Of a stretch of DNA of 64,000 nt, positions 9,669-20,147 are shown in pieces (position 1 is the first letter of the stretch; the number at the start of each line of letters is the position of its first letter). Under the pieces are notes generated by a model. That model made no database searches. It saw only the letters and a program-made list of their open reading frames with translations, and was not told the origin of the DNA. The DNA comes from Candidatus Eiseniibacteriota bacterium (lineage in GTDB: Bacteria; Eisenbacteria; RBG-16-71-46), in NCBI GenBank assembly GCA_963717935.1, contig CAVQXP010000001.1, forward strand, positions 181,714 to 245,713. The letters run 5' to 3'. Made by a program: the position numbers and the translations under genes.

Positions 9669-11315
9669 TCAGTCGACGCTGGCCAGGTCCTCGACGAACG
9701 CCGCGGCCGACAGGGCACCGCCGGTCGCCCGGTGCAGGGTCTCCCGCCAGTCGAGTGTCCGGCCCCCCCGGTAGAGCCGCTCGACCAGGAAGGCCCCGAC
9801 GTCGGGGCTCGTCACGTAGCGCTCCCCCACACCGGGCCCGCCACCCAGCAGCACGCGCCGCAGGTGGGCCTGGAGCTGCGAAGCCATCATCTCGCCGAGC
9901 ATGTAGTTGTGGTAGTAGACCGGCGCGGTGCTGAAGTGGACCTTGCTCGCCCAGTCGGGCGAGCGGCGTCCCGCGGGGCGCCTGACGAGCTGGTAGCGCT
10001 CGACCAGGTCCCACCACAGAGAGTCCAGGTCCTGCCCGGGATCACGGTACAGGGCCCGTTCCATGTGGCACATCACCAGCATCCAGCGCGTCTGCACCAG
10101 CAACTGGTCGCGGGAGGCCCGCGCGCAGGCGGCACCCGCCGCGCGGGCCTCGTCCGCCGGCACCCCGGCATGGTGCTCGAGCCAGGCGGCATCCTTCGGG
10201 AGGCGCCCGAACAGCATCGCACTCGCCTCGGTCGTGAGGATGTGCGCGGGCTCGCGCAGGACGAACGGCAGCGCCCGGTCGATGTGCCGGTCGTAGACCG
10301 CGTGCCCGAACTCGTGCAGCAGGGTGCCCATCCAGTACTGCGTGGGCCTCAGGTTGCACAGCACCCGGATGTCGTCGCCGCGGTCCATGCACATGCAGAA
10401 GGCGTGCTGGCTCTTGCCCGGCCGCTCGTAGAGGTCGGCCCGCGCCAGCAGGTCGCGCACGTCGAGTCCCACGGCCTCGAAGGAGCGCACGAGCATCTCC
10501 TCGAGCGGGCGGCCGGCGAAGTGGCGGTCGAGATCGAGCTCCAGGGCCGGTGCCTCCTGGAAGAACGGATCGGCGCAGTGCCAGGGCCGCAGCTCCGCGG
10601 GCGCGACGCCGAAACGGACCGCGAGGCGGGCGTCGAGGCCGCGCTTGTAGACTTCGAAGAGCGGGCGGGTGCCGCGCTCGAGCTCGTCCAGCAGGCCGAA
10701 GAGCCCCGCCTCGTCCAGCTCATCGAGGGTCAGGCGCATCGTGTAGTAGTTGTCGAAACCCAGAGAGCGGGCGGCCTCGTTCCGCAGCCGCACCAACTCG
10801 AGCAGGTCGGGCGCCACCTCGGTGCCGATCTGCTTCGCGGCCTCCCAGGCGCGGCGGCGCGCGGCGGAGTCTTCCGATTCGATCAGCACGCGCCGAAGGT
10901 CGTTGTCGAGGACACGCCGGCCGTCCAGTTCGGCGCGGAAGGCGTTGAAACGGCTCTCGAGCTGCTTTTCCAGCCGCACCAGCCGCGCGATCATCGCAGG
11001 CTCGAGCTGCTGGCCCCGGTACGAGTTCAGCAGGAGCGTGAGCTGGCGCGCCAGGAGCGGGTCCTCGGCCCCCCCCGCGGCGGCCAGGGCGCGAAGCGAT
11101 TCGTACTCGTCGGAACGCGAGAAGACGGTACGGATCTCCGTATCGAGCCGCGCCGCCTCCTCCTCCGCGGACGGATCGCCGGTGACGCTCGCCTGCCAGT
11201 AGGCAAGGCTGTGCCGCAGATGGAGCGGCTCGATCTCGGCGACCAATCGGCCGATGGCCACCGAGAGGGCCTGCTCGCGCTCCTCGACGGTGGTCTTCGC
11301 GGTCTCCACGCGCAC
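9669..11315 (-). CDS. Zinc metallopeptidase, M3/M2-like (oligoendopeptidase/peptidyl-dipeptidase)
   Basis: HEFGH zinc motif, TEASAM, HF.TAPVYYHNY. Confidence 0.88.
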   Translation of the reverse strand: MRVETAKTTVEEREQALSVAIGRLVAEIEPLHLRHSLAYWQASVTGDPSAEEEAARLDTEIRTVFSRSDEYESLRALAAAGGAEDPLLARQLTLLLNSYRGQQLEPAMIARLVRLEKQLESRFNAFRAELDGRRVLDNDLRRVLIESEDSAARRRAWEAAKQIGTEVAPDLLELVRLRNEAARSLGFDNYYTMRLTLDELDEAGLFGLLDELERGTRPLFEVYKRGLDARLAVRFGVAPAELRPWHCADPFFQEAPALELDLDRHFAGRPLEEMLVRSFEAVGLDVRDLLARADLYERPGKSQHAFCMCMDRGDDIRVLCNLRPTQYWMGTLLHEFGHAVYDRHIDRALPFVLREPAHILTTEASAMLFGRLPKDAAWLEHHAGVPADEARAAGAACARASRDQLLVQTRWMLVMCHMERALYRDPGQDLDSLWWDLVERYQLVRRPAGRRSPDWASKVHFSTAPVYYHNYMLGEMMASQLQAHLRRVLLGGGPGVGERYVTSPDVGAFLVERLYRGGRTLDWRETLHRATGGALSAAAFVEDLASVD

Positions 11316-11411
11316 TCCTCCCGGGCCCGGCGGGTCAGCGGATCGCGGGGATTCTAGCAGAAGCCCGCCGCGCCAAGGCGCTGCGGGGCGCAGACGTCTT
11401 CGCCGCGTCCG

Positions 11412-11948
11412 CTACGCGGCCCGTCCCGTGCCGTCCCGGAAGGCCTCCTCGTCGAGGCCCGTGACGGAGGCACCCGCGCTCTCCGAGAGCCGCAGTCCGA
11501 CCACGCCGGACGGATGGACCAGGTGCGGACCCACCGAAGTGAGCACGACGAAGAAACCTCCGACCTGCTGGTTCATGAAGTCCGAGAGCCGCTGGCTCTC
11601 CCGCTGCAGCGGCATCCAGACCTTGCCCTGCAGGACCAGTCCGTCGGCCAGCACGATCTCGGCCTCCTCCTCGCGCCAGGGCTGGAAGCCCCGCGTGAAG
11701 ACATCGGTCTGCAGCACCAGCCGCCCGGGCGTGACGCGCACCAGCCGCGATTTGTTGAAGAGGTGGACACGCCCGTCTTCACCGATCGCGGCCGGCAGGA
11801 ACGGCGTCGATTCGTTCAACTTCTCGAGGATGGTCTGGTGCCGGGCGCCGGAGGCGTCCAGATCGAGGAAGATCGAGCCGGCCACGCCCTGCAGGTCCCG
11901 GGACCAGAGGGTGACGGACACGCGGCGCTTCGGGATGTAGTGATCCAT
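11412..11948 (-). CDS. Hypothetical protein with two tandem DUF6812-like units
   Basis: Two similar halves: G.IFL..TILEKLNESTPFLP..HLFNKSRL and G.VWM..RLSDFMNQQ.GGFF..HLVHPSGV. Confidence 0.55.
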   Translation of the reverse strand: MDHYIPKRRVSVTLWSRDLQGVAGSIFLDLDASGARHQTILEKLNESTPFLPAAIGEDGRVHLFNKSRLVRVTPGRLVLQTDVFTRGFQPWREEEAEIVLADGLVLQGKVWMPLQRESQRLSDFMNQQVGGFFVVLTSVGPHLVHPSGVVGLRLSESAGASVTGLDEEAFRDGTGRAA

Positions 11949-12026
11949 CGCGGACCTCGCCAGGCCCTTCCCGGGCCGGGATGTGGGGCAGGAATGCGCT
12001 CCTGACGACGGGGCGCGGCACCTCTA

Positions 12027-12042
12027 AGCAACCGGCCTGCCG
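12027..12042 (-). promoter_or_regulatory. Sigma-54 (-24/-12) promoter
   Basis: Minus strand reads CGGCAGGCCGGTTGCT, i.e. GG-N10-GC with GGCA and TTGCT, about 80 bp upstream of the 11948 start. Confidence 0.6.
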
Positions 12043-12353
12043 CCATGCCGCCCGCGCCATCCGTGCCGTCCGACCGCGCGAAAACCGCGCACAGCCGGCC
12101 TGCGCTCCTCCTCCGCGGCCCGGGACGCCGGATGCCCGGCCGCGGTGGCGTTGCACTCCGCAACGAGGGGCGGGGGCGGCGCGTGGTCCTGCACGAAACC
12201 GGACATCACCCGGATGGGCCCCGCGCCATGCCCCACGGCCCTGCTGCGGACCCCCGCCGCCGCCGCACCCCCTGGCCGGGAACGCGCCCGTGGGGGAAGC
12301 CTGCCGCTGGCGCTGCGAGGAGCCGACGAGCGTGACCGCGCGCGGCCCGCGGA

Positions 12354-13019
12354 TCACCTCGGGATGACGCTCGCGACCCTGAAGCGGAAGGAGTAGGTCC
12401 GCGGCTGGTCCTCGACGCGGAAGACCAGGTCCACGCCGAACTCCTTGTCGGAGAACTGCGGGGCGGTCGTGTCCTCGGGCAGCAGCGGACGGTGCAACTG
12501 CTGGTCGCTGCCCGCCGGATCGACCAGGTAGTCCATGGGCAGCACATAGTCGCTGTAGCGCTGCAGGCCCGCGATCTGCGTCGGCGCCTGCACGTTGAAG
12601 CGGTCGGCCCAACGCGTGGTCGCATGGGCGACCTGGCCCCTCCCCTCCCGTGGATCATGGAACACCGAGCGGTCCCACTCGATCCACACCGGCCGGTCCT
12701 GGCGGTTCTCCACCTGCAGGTAGAGGGCCTTCGGCGCGGGCCGGAAGTAGAACGAGAGATCGCGATCCTGGAAGGTGAAGCGATCGCTCCCCGGCTGCAC
12801 CTGGGTGAACCGGTAGCGGTAGAGAGCCGTGGCCGACCCCGGAGCGGAGGCCGTGGAGTCGTCGGCCCCGGTCACGAGGGTCAGGACATCGGCCGACGAC
12901 GCGGCCACCGGCTCAGCCGCTCCGGGCGGCGCTCCGCCCGGCGGGCTGGAGGCACAGCCACTCAGGAATGCAGCCACGACAGACGCGGCAATCAGGGGCA
13001 TGGGCTTCGTGGACGCCAC
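12354..13019 (-). CDS. Hypothetical lipoprotein
   Basis: Signal peptide with lipobox FLSGC, Ala/Pro linker, beta-rich domain. Confidence 0.7.
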   Translation of the reverse strand: MASTKPMPLIAASVVAAFLSGCASSPPGGAPPGAAEPVAASSADVLTLVTGADDSTASAPGSATALYRYRFTQVQPGSDRFTFQDRDLSFYFRPAPKALYLQVENRQDRPVWIEWDRSVFHDPREGRGQVAHATTRWADRFNVQAPTQIAGLQRYSDYVLPMDYLVDPAGSDQQLHRPLLPEDTTAPQFSDKEFGVDLVFRVEDQPRTYSFRFRVASVIPR

Positions 13020-13232
13020 GGAGCGAGACTAGCCGCACGGGGAAGAACCCGTCAAGGACTCATGCGCCCCGCCGTCCGGGGGCCCACGCCGAAGCCCGCT
13101 TCGCCCGCGACGCGTGCGCCCTGCCCACCACCCGACCGTCCGGCAGCAAGAAGGGGGGCCCGACCGTGGGATCCGGCGACGGCGAAGATCGCCCCGCGGT
13201 CCGGCCCGCGTCCCCCGGAAGCCGGGGGCGGC

Positions 13233-14145
13233 TCAGGCGGCCACGCCTGCCCGCCCGAGCAGATGCCTGAGCGCACCCTCGAGCCCGGGGAAGCGGAATG
13301 CGTGCCCGGCGGCTTGCAGCCGCCCGGGTGTGACGCGCGCGCTCGCGAGCAGTGCCCCATCTGCCATCTCGCCGAAGAGAGCGCGCAGCGCGAGCGCGGG
13401 CACGGACACGAGCGCCGGGCGACCGAGCACGCGGCCAAGCGTCCGGGTGAAGGTGCGGTTCGTCTCCACACCGGGCGCGACCACGTTGACGGGCCCCGCG
13501 AGGCCCTCGTCGGCGAGCGTGCGCTCCAGGACGGCGATCACGTCCTCGAGGACCACCCAGCTCCACCACGCGCGCCCGTCCCCGAGCGGCCCACCCAGGC
13601 CGAGGCGGAACGGGGGCAGCAGGCGGGCGAGGGCCCCTCCCCGGGTCGTCAGGACGAGCCCCAGACGCGGGTGCACGACGCGGATGCCGCAGGCGGCAGC
13701 CGGCGCCGCGGCCTCCTCCCATGCGCGGCACACCTCGGGCAGGAAGCCCACGCCCGGCGGGCTCGCCTCGTCGAGCACCTCGTCGCCGCGGTCGCCGTAG
13801 AAACCGATCGCCGAGACCGAGACGAGCACGCGGGGCCGCCGCTCGAGGCCCGCAAGGCGCTCAACCAGCAGCCGGGTCCCGGCCACGCGGCTCTCGCGGA
13901 TGAGCGCCTTGCGCGCCGGCGTCCAGCGCGCCGCGATGGGCTCGCCCGCGAGGTGCACGACCGCGTCGAAGCCCTCGATCGCGCGCGCTTCGAGCCTGCC
14001 ACCCGCCGGGTCCCAGGCGACCTCGTCCGGGCCCCGTCGCGTGCCGCGTGAGGATGCTGGTCTCGTGGCCCCGGGCACGGAGCCGGGGCAGGAGCGCGGA
14101 GCCGATCAGGCCCCGCGCCCCGCTGACCAGCACGCGCAGGGGCAT
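13233..14145 (-). CDS. TIGR01777 family NAD-dependent epimerase/oxidoreductase; frameshift near 14045
   Basis: VLVSGARGLIGSAL in ORF 13861..14145; VVHLAGEPI, SAIGFYG and GLGGPLGDG in ORF 13233..14078. Confidence 0.88.
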
Positions 14146-14223
14146 CAGCCAGCCCTGGCGCGCCGGAGCCGGCTCCGGCGCCGGCTCCGACCCGTTCTCC
14201 GTACGTCAGCCATGCCGGCCGCC

Positions 14224-14988
14224 CTACGCGGACTTCTTGTCCATCGAGGCCATGAAGACCTTGAGGAAGTCGATCGGCACCGGGAAGATCGTGGTCGAGT
14301 TGTTCTCGGTCGCGATCGCCGCCAGCGTCTGCAGGTAGCGCAGCTGCAGCGCGGTCGGCTCCTTCGCCATCACGGTCGCCGCCTCGGTCAGCCGGGTGGC
14401 CGCCTGGTACTCGCCCTCGGCGTTGATGACCTTGGCGCGGCGCTCGCGCTCGGCCTCGGCCTGGCGCGCGATGGCGCGCTGCATCTCCTGCGGCAGGTCC
14501 ACGTTCTTGACCTCGACCGTGGTGACCTTGACGCCCCAGGGCTCGGTCTGGCGGTCGATGACCTGCTGGAGCGCCGAGTTCAGCTTGTCGCGCTCGGAGA
14601 GCAGCTCGTCCAGCTCGGCCTGACCCAGGATCGAGCGCAGCGTGGTCTGGGCGATCTGCGAGGTGGCGTACAGGTAGTTCTCCACCTGCACCACCGCCTG
14701 CCTCGGGTCGATGACGCGGAAGTAGATCACGGCGTTCACCTTCACCGTGACGTTGTCCTTGGTGATGATGTCCTGCGACGGGACGTCCATCGTCACCGTG
14801 CGCAGGCCGACCTTGACGGGCCGGTCGATGAGCGGCCAGAGCAGCACCAGGCCGGGGCCCTTCTCGCCGATCAGCCGGCCCAGGCGGAACACGACCAGAC
14901 GCTCGTACTCGCGCACGACACGGACCGCGTTCGCCAGGATGACGATCCCGAGGAACAGCAGGAACAGAAGGAAAGGTGCGAGAACCAT
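14224..14988 (-). CDS. SPFH/stomatin-like (slipin) protein
   Basis: [53 protein letters not shown]. Confidence 0.95.
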   Translation of the reverse strand: MVLAPFLLFLLFLGIVILANAVRVVREYERLVVFRLGRLIGEKGPGLVLLWPLIDRPVKVGLRTVTMDVPSQDIITKDNVTVKVNAVIYFRVIDPRQAVVQVENYLYATSQIAQTTLRSILGQAELDELLSERDKLNSALQQVIDRQTEPWGVKVTTVEVKNVDLPQEMQRAIARQAEAERERRAKVINAEGEYQAATRLTEAATVMAKEPTALQLRYLQTLAAIATENNSTTIFPVPIDFLKVFMASMDKKSA

Positions 14989-14990
14989 GT

Positions 14991-16435
14991 TCAGGCCTCC
15001 TTGGAGGGGCGCACGCGGAGGGTGAGCCCCTCGACGCCCGTGATGACCACTTCCGAACCCGTCTCCACGTTCGATTCGCTGCGTCGCATTCCACAGCTCG
15101 CCGCTGATGCGCACCTGGCCTGCGGGCGCCAGACGGGCCACCACCACGGCCCGCATGCCCACCAGTCCCTTGCTTCCGGTCTCGACCCGGAGCCGCTGCG
15201 CGCGCAGGCCCTTGCCCACGATGAAGAGGAAGAAGACCGCCGTCGCGCCGGTGGCTCCGGCGATGATGGCCCCGGAGAGCCTCGCGCCCTCCCCGTGGAA
15301 GAGGATCATCGAGCCCAGCACGAGCGAGATGACGCCCCCGGTCGCGAGCAGACCGTGGCTCGCGACCTTCACCTCGGCGACGAAGAACGCGATGGCCAGC
15401 ACGATGAGCGCGACGCCGGCGTAGTTCACCGGCAAGGTCGAGAGCGCGAAGAAGGCGAGGATCAGGCAGATGCCACCCACCACACCCGGGCAGGATGGCA
15501 CCGGGGTTCTGCAACTCGAAGAGCAGCCCGTAGAAGCCGAGCAGCATGAGGATGTAGGCCACGTTGGGGTCCACCAGCACGCCCAGCAGCTTCTGCCGCA
15601 GCCCGGGCTTGAGGGTGTCGCGCGGCAGGCCCGAGAGCGCGAGCGTGGTCTCGAGGCCGAGGCGCGAGACGGCGACGCCATCGGCCTGTTCGAGCAGTTC
15701 GTCCAGCGAGCCGGCGACGAAGTCCACGACCCCGAGGTCCAGCGCCTCGTCCTCGCTCGCTGCCACCGCCCGGCGCACCGCCTCCTCGGCCCACTGCGCG
15801 TTGCGGCCGCGCTGCCGGGCGATGGTGCGCGCGAAGGCGGCCGCGTCGCTGGTGGCCTTGCGCGCCAGCGTCGAGTCCATGCCGCCCTGCACGTTCACGG
15901 GCGTGGCCGCGCCGATGTTCGTGCCCTGCGCCATCCCCGCCACGTCGGCCGCCATGACGATGAACACGCCGGCCGAGGCCGCCCGTGCGCCCGCGGGCGA
16001 GACGTAGGCGATGATCGGCACCTCCGAGACGAGCATCCTCTTGACCATGGCGCGCATGCTCGACTCGAGCCCCCCGGGGGTGTCGAGTTCGATCACCAGC
16101 GCCTTGTAGCCCTCGCGCTCGGCGCGGTCCACGGCGGTGCCCAGCGCCTCGGCCGAGACCGGCGAGATCGCGCCCTCGAGGCGCAGGACGAGGATGCGTC
16201 CCGTCGTCGGCGTCTTCGCCAGGCGCTCCTGCCGGCGCGCCTCCACGGACGGGCTCTGCGCCGCGCGCGCGCGGGGCGCGCTGGCGAGCAGCAGACCCAC
16301 TGCGGCGAACAGGACCAGCAGGACGCTGAGCGCACCCAGGACCAGGGGTGCCAGGGGTGCGCTGCGCCGGCGCGACCGGCGCAGCACGCGGGCCGCCCGC
16401 GTGAAGGCCCGCACGCCGCGGGATCCGCTCTTCAT
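14991..16435 (-). CDS. nfeD: NfeD family membrane-bound serine protease; frameshifts near 15490 and 15075
   Basis: [31 protein letters not shown]...GELW; directly upstream of the SPFH gene. Confidence 0.88.
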
Positions 16436-17656
16436 GAAGCCTCCTCCCCCGGGCGCCGCGCCAGCGCCGCGCGCCACGCCTCGGGATACTTGAGTCCACT
16501 GCCGGTGTCGTAGATCACGACGCGCGCCTGTGGCCCCACCTCGCCGCTCGCCCGCAACCGCCGCAGCGCCGCGAGCGTCGCGCCGCCCTCGGGGCAGGCG
16601 AAACAACCCTCCCGTGCCGCCAGGTCGAGCATGCCGTCCAGCATCTCCTCCTCGCTCACGGCCACGCGCCGCGCCCTTGGATTCGCGCAGCGCGCGAAGG
16701 ATGAGCCGGTCGGCGAACGGCGCGGGCACCCGCAGCCCGCTCGCCATCGTGAGCGCGTCCGGCCAGGGTTCGACCCGGTCGAGCGCCCTGCTCGAAGGCG
16801 CGCACGACCGGCGCGCAGCCCCGCGTCTGCACGGCCACCAGCCGGGGCAGCGGGTCCGCCGTCCAGCCCAGATCCTGTCAACTCGAGAAAGGCCCGCCAC
16901 ATCCCGACCAGGCCGGTGCCCCCGCCCGTAGGATAGAGAATCACGTCCGGCAGGCGCCACCCCGATTGCTCGGCGATTTCGTAGCCCAGCGTCTTCTTGC
17001 CTTCGAGCCGGAAGGGCTCCTTGAACGTGGCCACGTTCCACCACTCCGGCACGGGCGCCCACGAGGCCAGGGCCTTGCCCGCGTCGGAGAGGGTGCCGGG
17101 CACCAACCGGACCTCGGCGCCGAAGGCCCGCTGCTCGAGCACGAACGCTTCGGGCGTATCCGCGGGGACGGTGATGCGGCACCGCAGACCCGCGGCAGCG
17201 GCGTAGGCAGCCGCCGCGCTGCCGGCGTTGCCCGCGGAGGGGAGCGCGACGGCCCGCTTGCCGAAGGCGACCGCACCGTTCACCGCCAGCGCCAGCCCGC
17301 GCGCCTTGAACGACTGCGTCGGGTTCGGCGACTCCTCCTTCAGCCACAACTCGCGGAGCCCCAGTTCCCGCGCGATCCGCGGCAGCGGCAGAAGCGGCGT
17401 GCCGCCCTCTCCCAGGCTTCACGGCCGGGAAGTCGGCGGCGAAGGGCAGCACGGCGCGATAGCGCCACAGGTCCGTGCCGAAGCGGGCGAGCGATTCGCG
17501 CGGGACCTCGCCGCGGACCCGCGCGAGGTCGTAGCGTGCGAGCAACGGCTGGCCACAGACGGGGCAGACGGTGCGCGGCTGGGACAGGTCGCACGAGCCG
17601 CCGCAGGCGGGGCAGTCGAGGGCCTGGAGATTCGGGTTGAAGACCGGGGACACCAT
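16432..17656 (-). CDS. thrC: Threonine synthase with N-terminal zinc ribbon; several frameshifts
   Basis: CPACG..CPVCG, LWRYR..LP, NPTQSFKARG (PLP lysine), SAGNAG, YPTGGGTG, TGSGLKY. Confidence 0.85.
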
Positions 17657-17760
17657 GAGTGCGCGAATCAAGCGCCCTTTGACGCGTCGCGTCAAGCGGG
17701 CCCGGGTGACAGGAACCGCGGCCGCGCCCGGACGGGCGCCGCGCAGCTAGCCTGGACCGC

Positions 17761-18759
17761 TCATGACCCGCGCCGCGTGCGCGTCTCGGTGTGCTGCTCC
17801 TCGGCCTCGAGCTCCTCGCGCAGCCGGAGGAACGACTCGAAGCGCAGGCGTGAGACGTGCCCGGCCTCGACCGCCTCGCGCAGCGCGCAGCCGGGCTCGG
17901 TGGCGTGGCCGCAGTCGGTGAACCGGCACTGGCCGAGGAAGCGCCGGAACTCGACATAGGCCTGCTCGAGGTCACGCGAACCGACGCCCCAGAGCCCGAA
18001 GGCGCGCACCCCGGGCGTGTCGATCAACTCGAGGTCGGGGGCCGGGCGGACCAGTACCGCCGCGGTCGTGGTGTGGCGCCCCTTGCCCGTCTTCTCGTTG
18101 ACCAGGCCCACGAGCAGGTCCAGCGCGGGGACCAGGGCATTGAGCAGCGTGCTCTTCCCCACGCCCGAGTGCCCGACGAAGAGCGAGCGCCGCCCGTGCA
18201 GGGCATGGCGCAGCGCCTCCACGCCCTCGCCGCGCGGCGCGCACACCGCGTGGCAGGGCACACCGGCGCGTTCGTACTCGTGCAGCAGGGCGCGCGCCTG
18301 GCCCGGGGGGCCCAGGTCGGTCTTGTTCAGCACCAGCCGTGCGGGGATGCCGGCGTGCTCGGCCTGCGCCAGCACGCGGTCGGCGAGTCCGGGCGTGAAC
18401 TCGGGCTGCGCCAGCGACGTGACCAGCACGACCTGGTCGAGGTTCGCGGCCACCACCTGCTCGAGGGCCTGCTCGCCCGCGGCGCGGCGCGAGAACACGT
18501 TGCGCCGGGGCTGGACCTGGTCCACCACAGCCCGGTCCGGCCCGGCTTCGAGCCGCACGACGTCGCCCACCACGACGGCGTTGCCGAGCGCCTTCCTGCG
18601 CCCCATGACCCGCCCGCGCACGCTGGCCGTGAAGAGCGTGCCGTCCTCCGCGAACAGCACGCAGGCCCCGAAGTCCACGCGCGCCACCAGCGCCCAGCCC
18701 ACCTCAGGGATCAGCCCCAACCTCCCGACCCGTTCACGGGCAGCGTGACGGTGAAGCAC
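17761..18759 (-). CDS. rsgA: Ribosome small subunit-dependent GTPase A (true start may be near 18710)
   Basis: Circularly permuted GTPase: NKTD, GHSGVGKSTLLN, GRHTTT, DTPG, and C.F.DC.H..EPGC zinc site. Confidence 0.93.
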   Translation of the reverse strand: MLHRHAARERVGRLGLIPEVGWALVARVDFGACVLFAEDGTLFTASVRGRVMGRRKALGNAVVVGDVVRLEAGPDRAVVDQVQPRRNVFSRRAAGEQALEQVVAANLDQVVLVTSLAQPEFTPGLADRVLAQAEHAGIPARLVLNKTDLGPPGQARALLHEYERAGVPCHAVCAPRGEGVEALRHALHGRRSLFVGHSGVGKSTLLNALVPALDLLVGLVNEKTGKGRHTTTAAVLVRPAPDLELIDTPGVRAFGLWGVGSRDLEQAYVEFRRFLGQCRFTDCGHATEPGCALREAVEAGHVSRLRFESFLRLREELEAEEQHTETRTRRGS

Positions 18760-20147
18760 GCCCCCTGCCCCGGCGGGCTCTCGGCGGTGATGCGTCCGCC
18801 GTGACTCGCGATGATGCGGTACGAGGTCGAGAGCCCGAAGCCGTGCCCTTCGGGCTTGGTCGTGAAGTGCGGCTCGAACACGCGGTTGAGGTTCGAGGCC
18901 GCGATGCCGGTACCGGTGTCGGTGACCACGATCCGCACCAGCCGTGCGCGCTCGTCGACCGAGCTCGTCACCCCGATGACCTTGCGCGCCGAGGGTCTGT
19001 CCTTCATGGCGTCGGCGGCGTTCACGAACAGGTTCAGCAGCACCTGCTGGAGTTGCCCCGGGTCACCGCGCAGCTCCGGCACCTGCTCGGCCAGCCGCAG
19101 GTCCCACTCCACGCCGTCGAAGCGGTTCTGGGTGCGCACGAACTCGATCGAGCGCCGGACCAGGGAGTTCAGGTCCACGCGCTGCACGTTCAGCTCGGCC
19201 CGCGAGAAGTCCATCAGCCCCTTGGCCATGACCTCCATGCGCCGGGACTGCTCGATGATGATGCGACCGCGGCGTTCGACGTGCTCGAAGACCTTGCGCT
19301 CGGCGTCCTTCAGGAGCATCTGGGCGTGGCCGCTGATGGCGGCGAGCTGGGTGCGCAGCTCGTGGCCGATCTCCGCCGCCATCTCGCCCTTCGCCGCCAG
19401 GCGCTCGGTGTGGACGATCTGGCGCTGCGCCTTCTGGAGTTCGACGTAGCGCCGGCCCGACTCGTAGATGATGAAGAGCGGCGCGTAGAACAGCACCACC
19501 CCGACGTAGCCGATGGCGCGGTAGGAGATCACCATCAGGGGCGCGAGCAGGAACGCCGCGCCGTCCTCGAGCAGCCGCTCGGCGTAGAACCAGTCCTCGC
19601 GCAGCACCCGCAGGTAGGGCCGATCGGTGGACCAGGCCACCGCCACCGCCACGAACGCGCGGTTCACGAGCAGGAAGGCGGCGAACAAGCCGAGGATCGC
19701 GGGCGCCAGCCCCAGCGCCACCCACTGCCCGGCCTGCACGTCCCCCGTCTGCAGCGCGTGCAGTCCACCGGCCGGGCCTCCCAGCACGGTGAAGGCCCAG
19801 CCCGCGACCCACATCGTGATCGCCATCTGCCCGCCGTTGAACCAGGCGCGCGTCCAGGGCTTGCGCAGCACCAGCAACTCCGCCACCACCGTACCGAGCG
19901 CGGCGATCCACATCGCGGGCGAGCGGCCCCAGAGCATGCACGCGGCGAGCGTGGCGCTCGAGGAGAGGCTCCAGGTGGACTCGCCCGAGACGGTGCTCAG
20001 CCACAGGCTCTCGGAGAGCACGAAGACCAGGACCCAGGCCACGTAGTGACCCCACTGCGACTCGAACTCGTGCGGCACGTTGAAGCCGAGCAGCAGGGCC
20101 GCGGAGAGGCCGACCGAGACGACGTAGATCGCGAGTCTCCGGCTCAC
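18711..20147 (-). CDS. Membrane sensor histidine kinase
   Basis: Multi-TM N-terminus; H-box EIGHELRTQL; QVLLNLFVNAADAM, DTGTG, FEPHFTTK, GHGFGL. Confidence 0.88.
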   Translation of the reverse strand: MSRRLAIYVVSVGLSAALLLGFNVPHEFESQWGHYVAWVLVFVLSESLWLSTVSGESTWSLSSSATLAACMLWGRSPAMWIAALGTVVAELLVLRKPWTRAWFNGGQMAITMWVAGWAFTVLGGPAGGLHALQTGDVQAGQWVALGLAPAILGLFAAFLLVNRAFVAVAVAWSTDRPYLRVLREDWFYAERLLEDGAAFLLAPLMVISYRAIGYVGVVLFYAPLFIIYESGRRYVELQKAQRQIVHTERLAAKGEMAAEIGHELRTQLAAISGHAQMLLKDAERKVFEHVERRGRIIIEQSRRMEVMAKGLMDFSRAELNVQRVDLNSLVRRSIEFVRTQNRFDGVEWDLRLAEQVPELRGDPGQLQQVLLNLFVNAADAMKDRPSARKVIGVTSSVDERARLVRIVVTDTGTGIAASNLNRVFEPHFTTKPEGHGFGLSTSYRIIASHGGRITAESPPGQGACFTVTLPVNGSGGWG

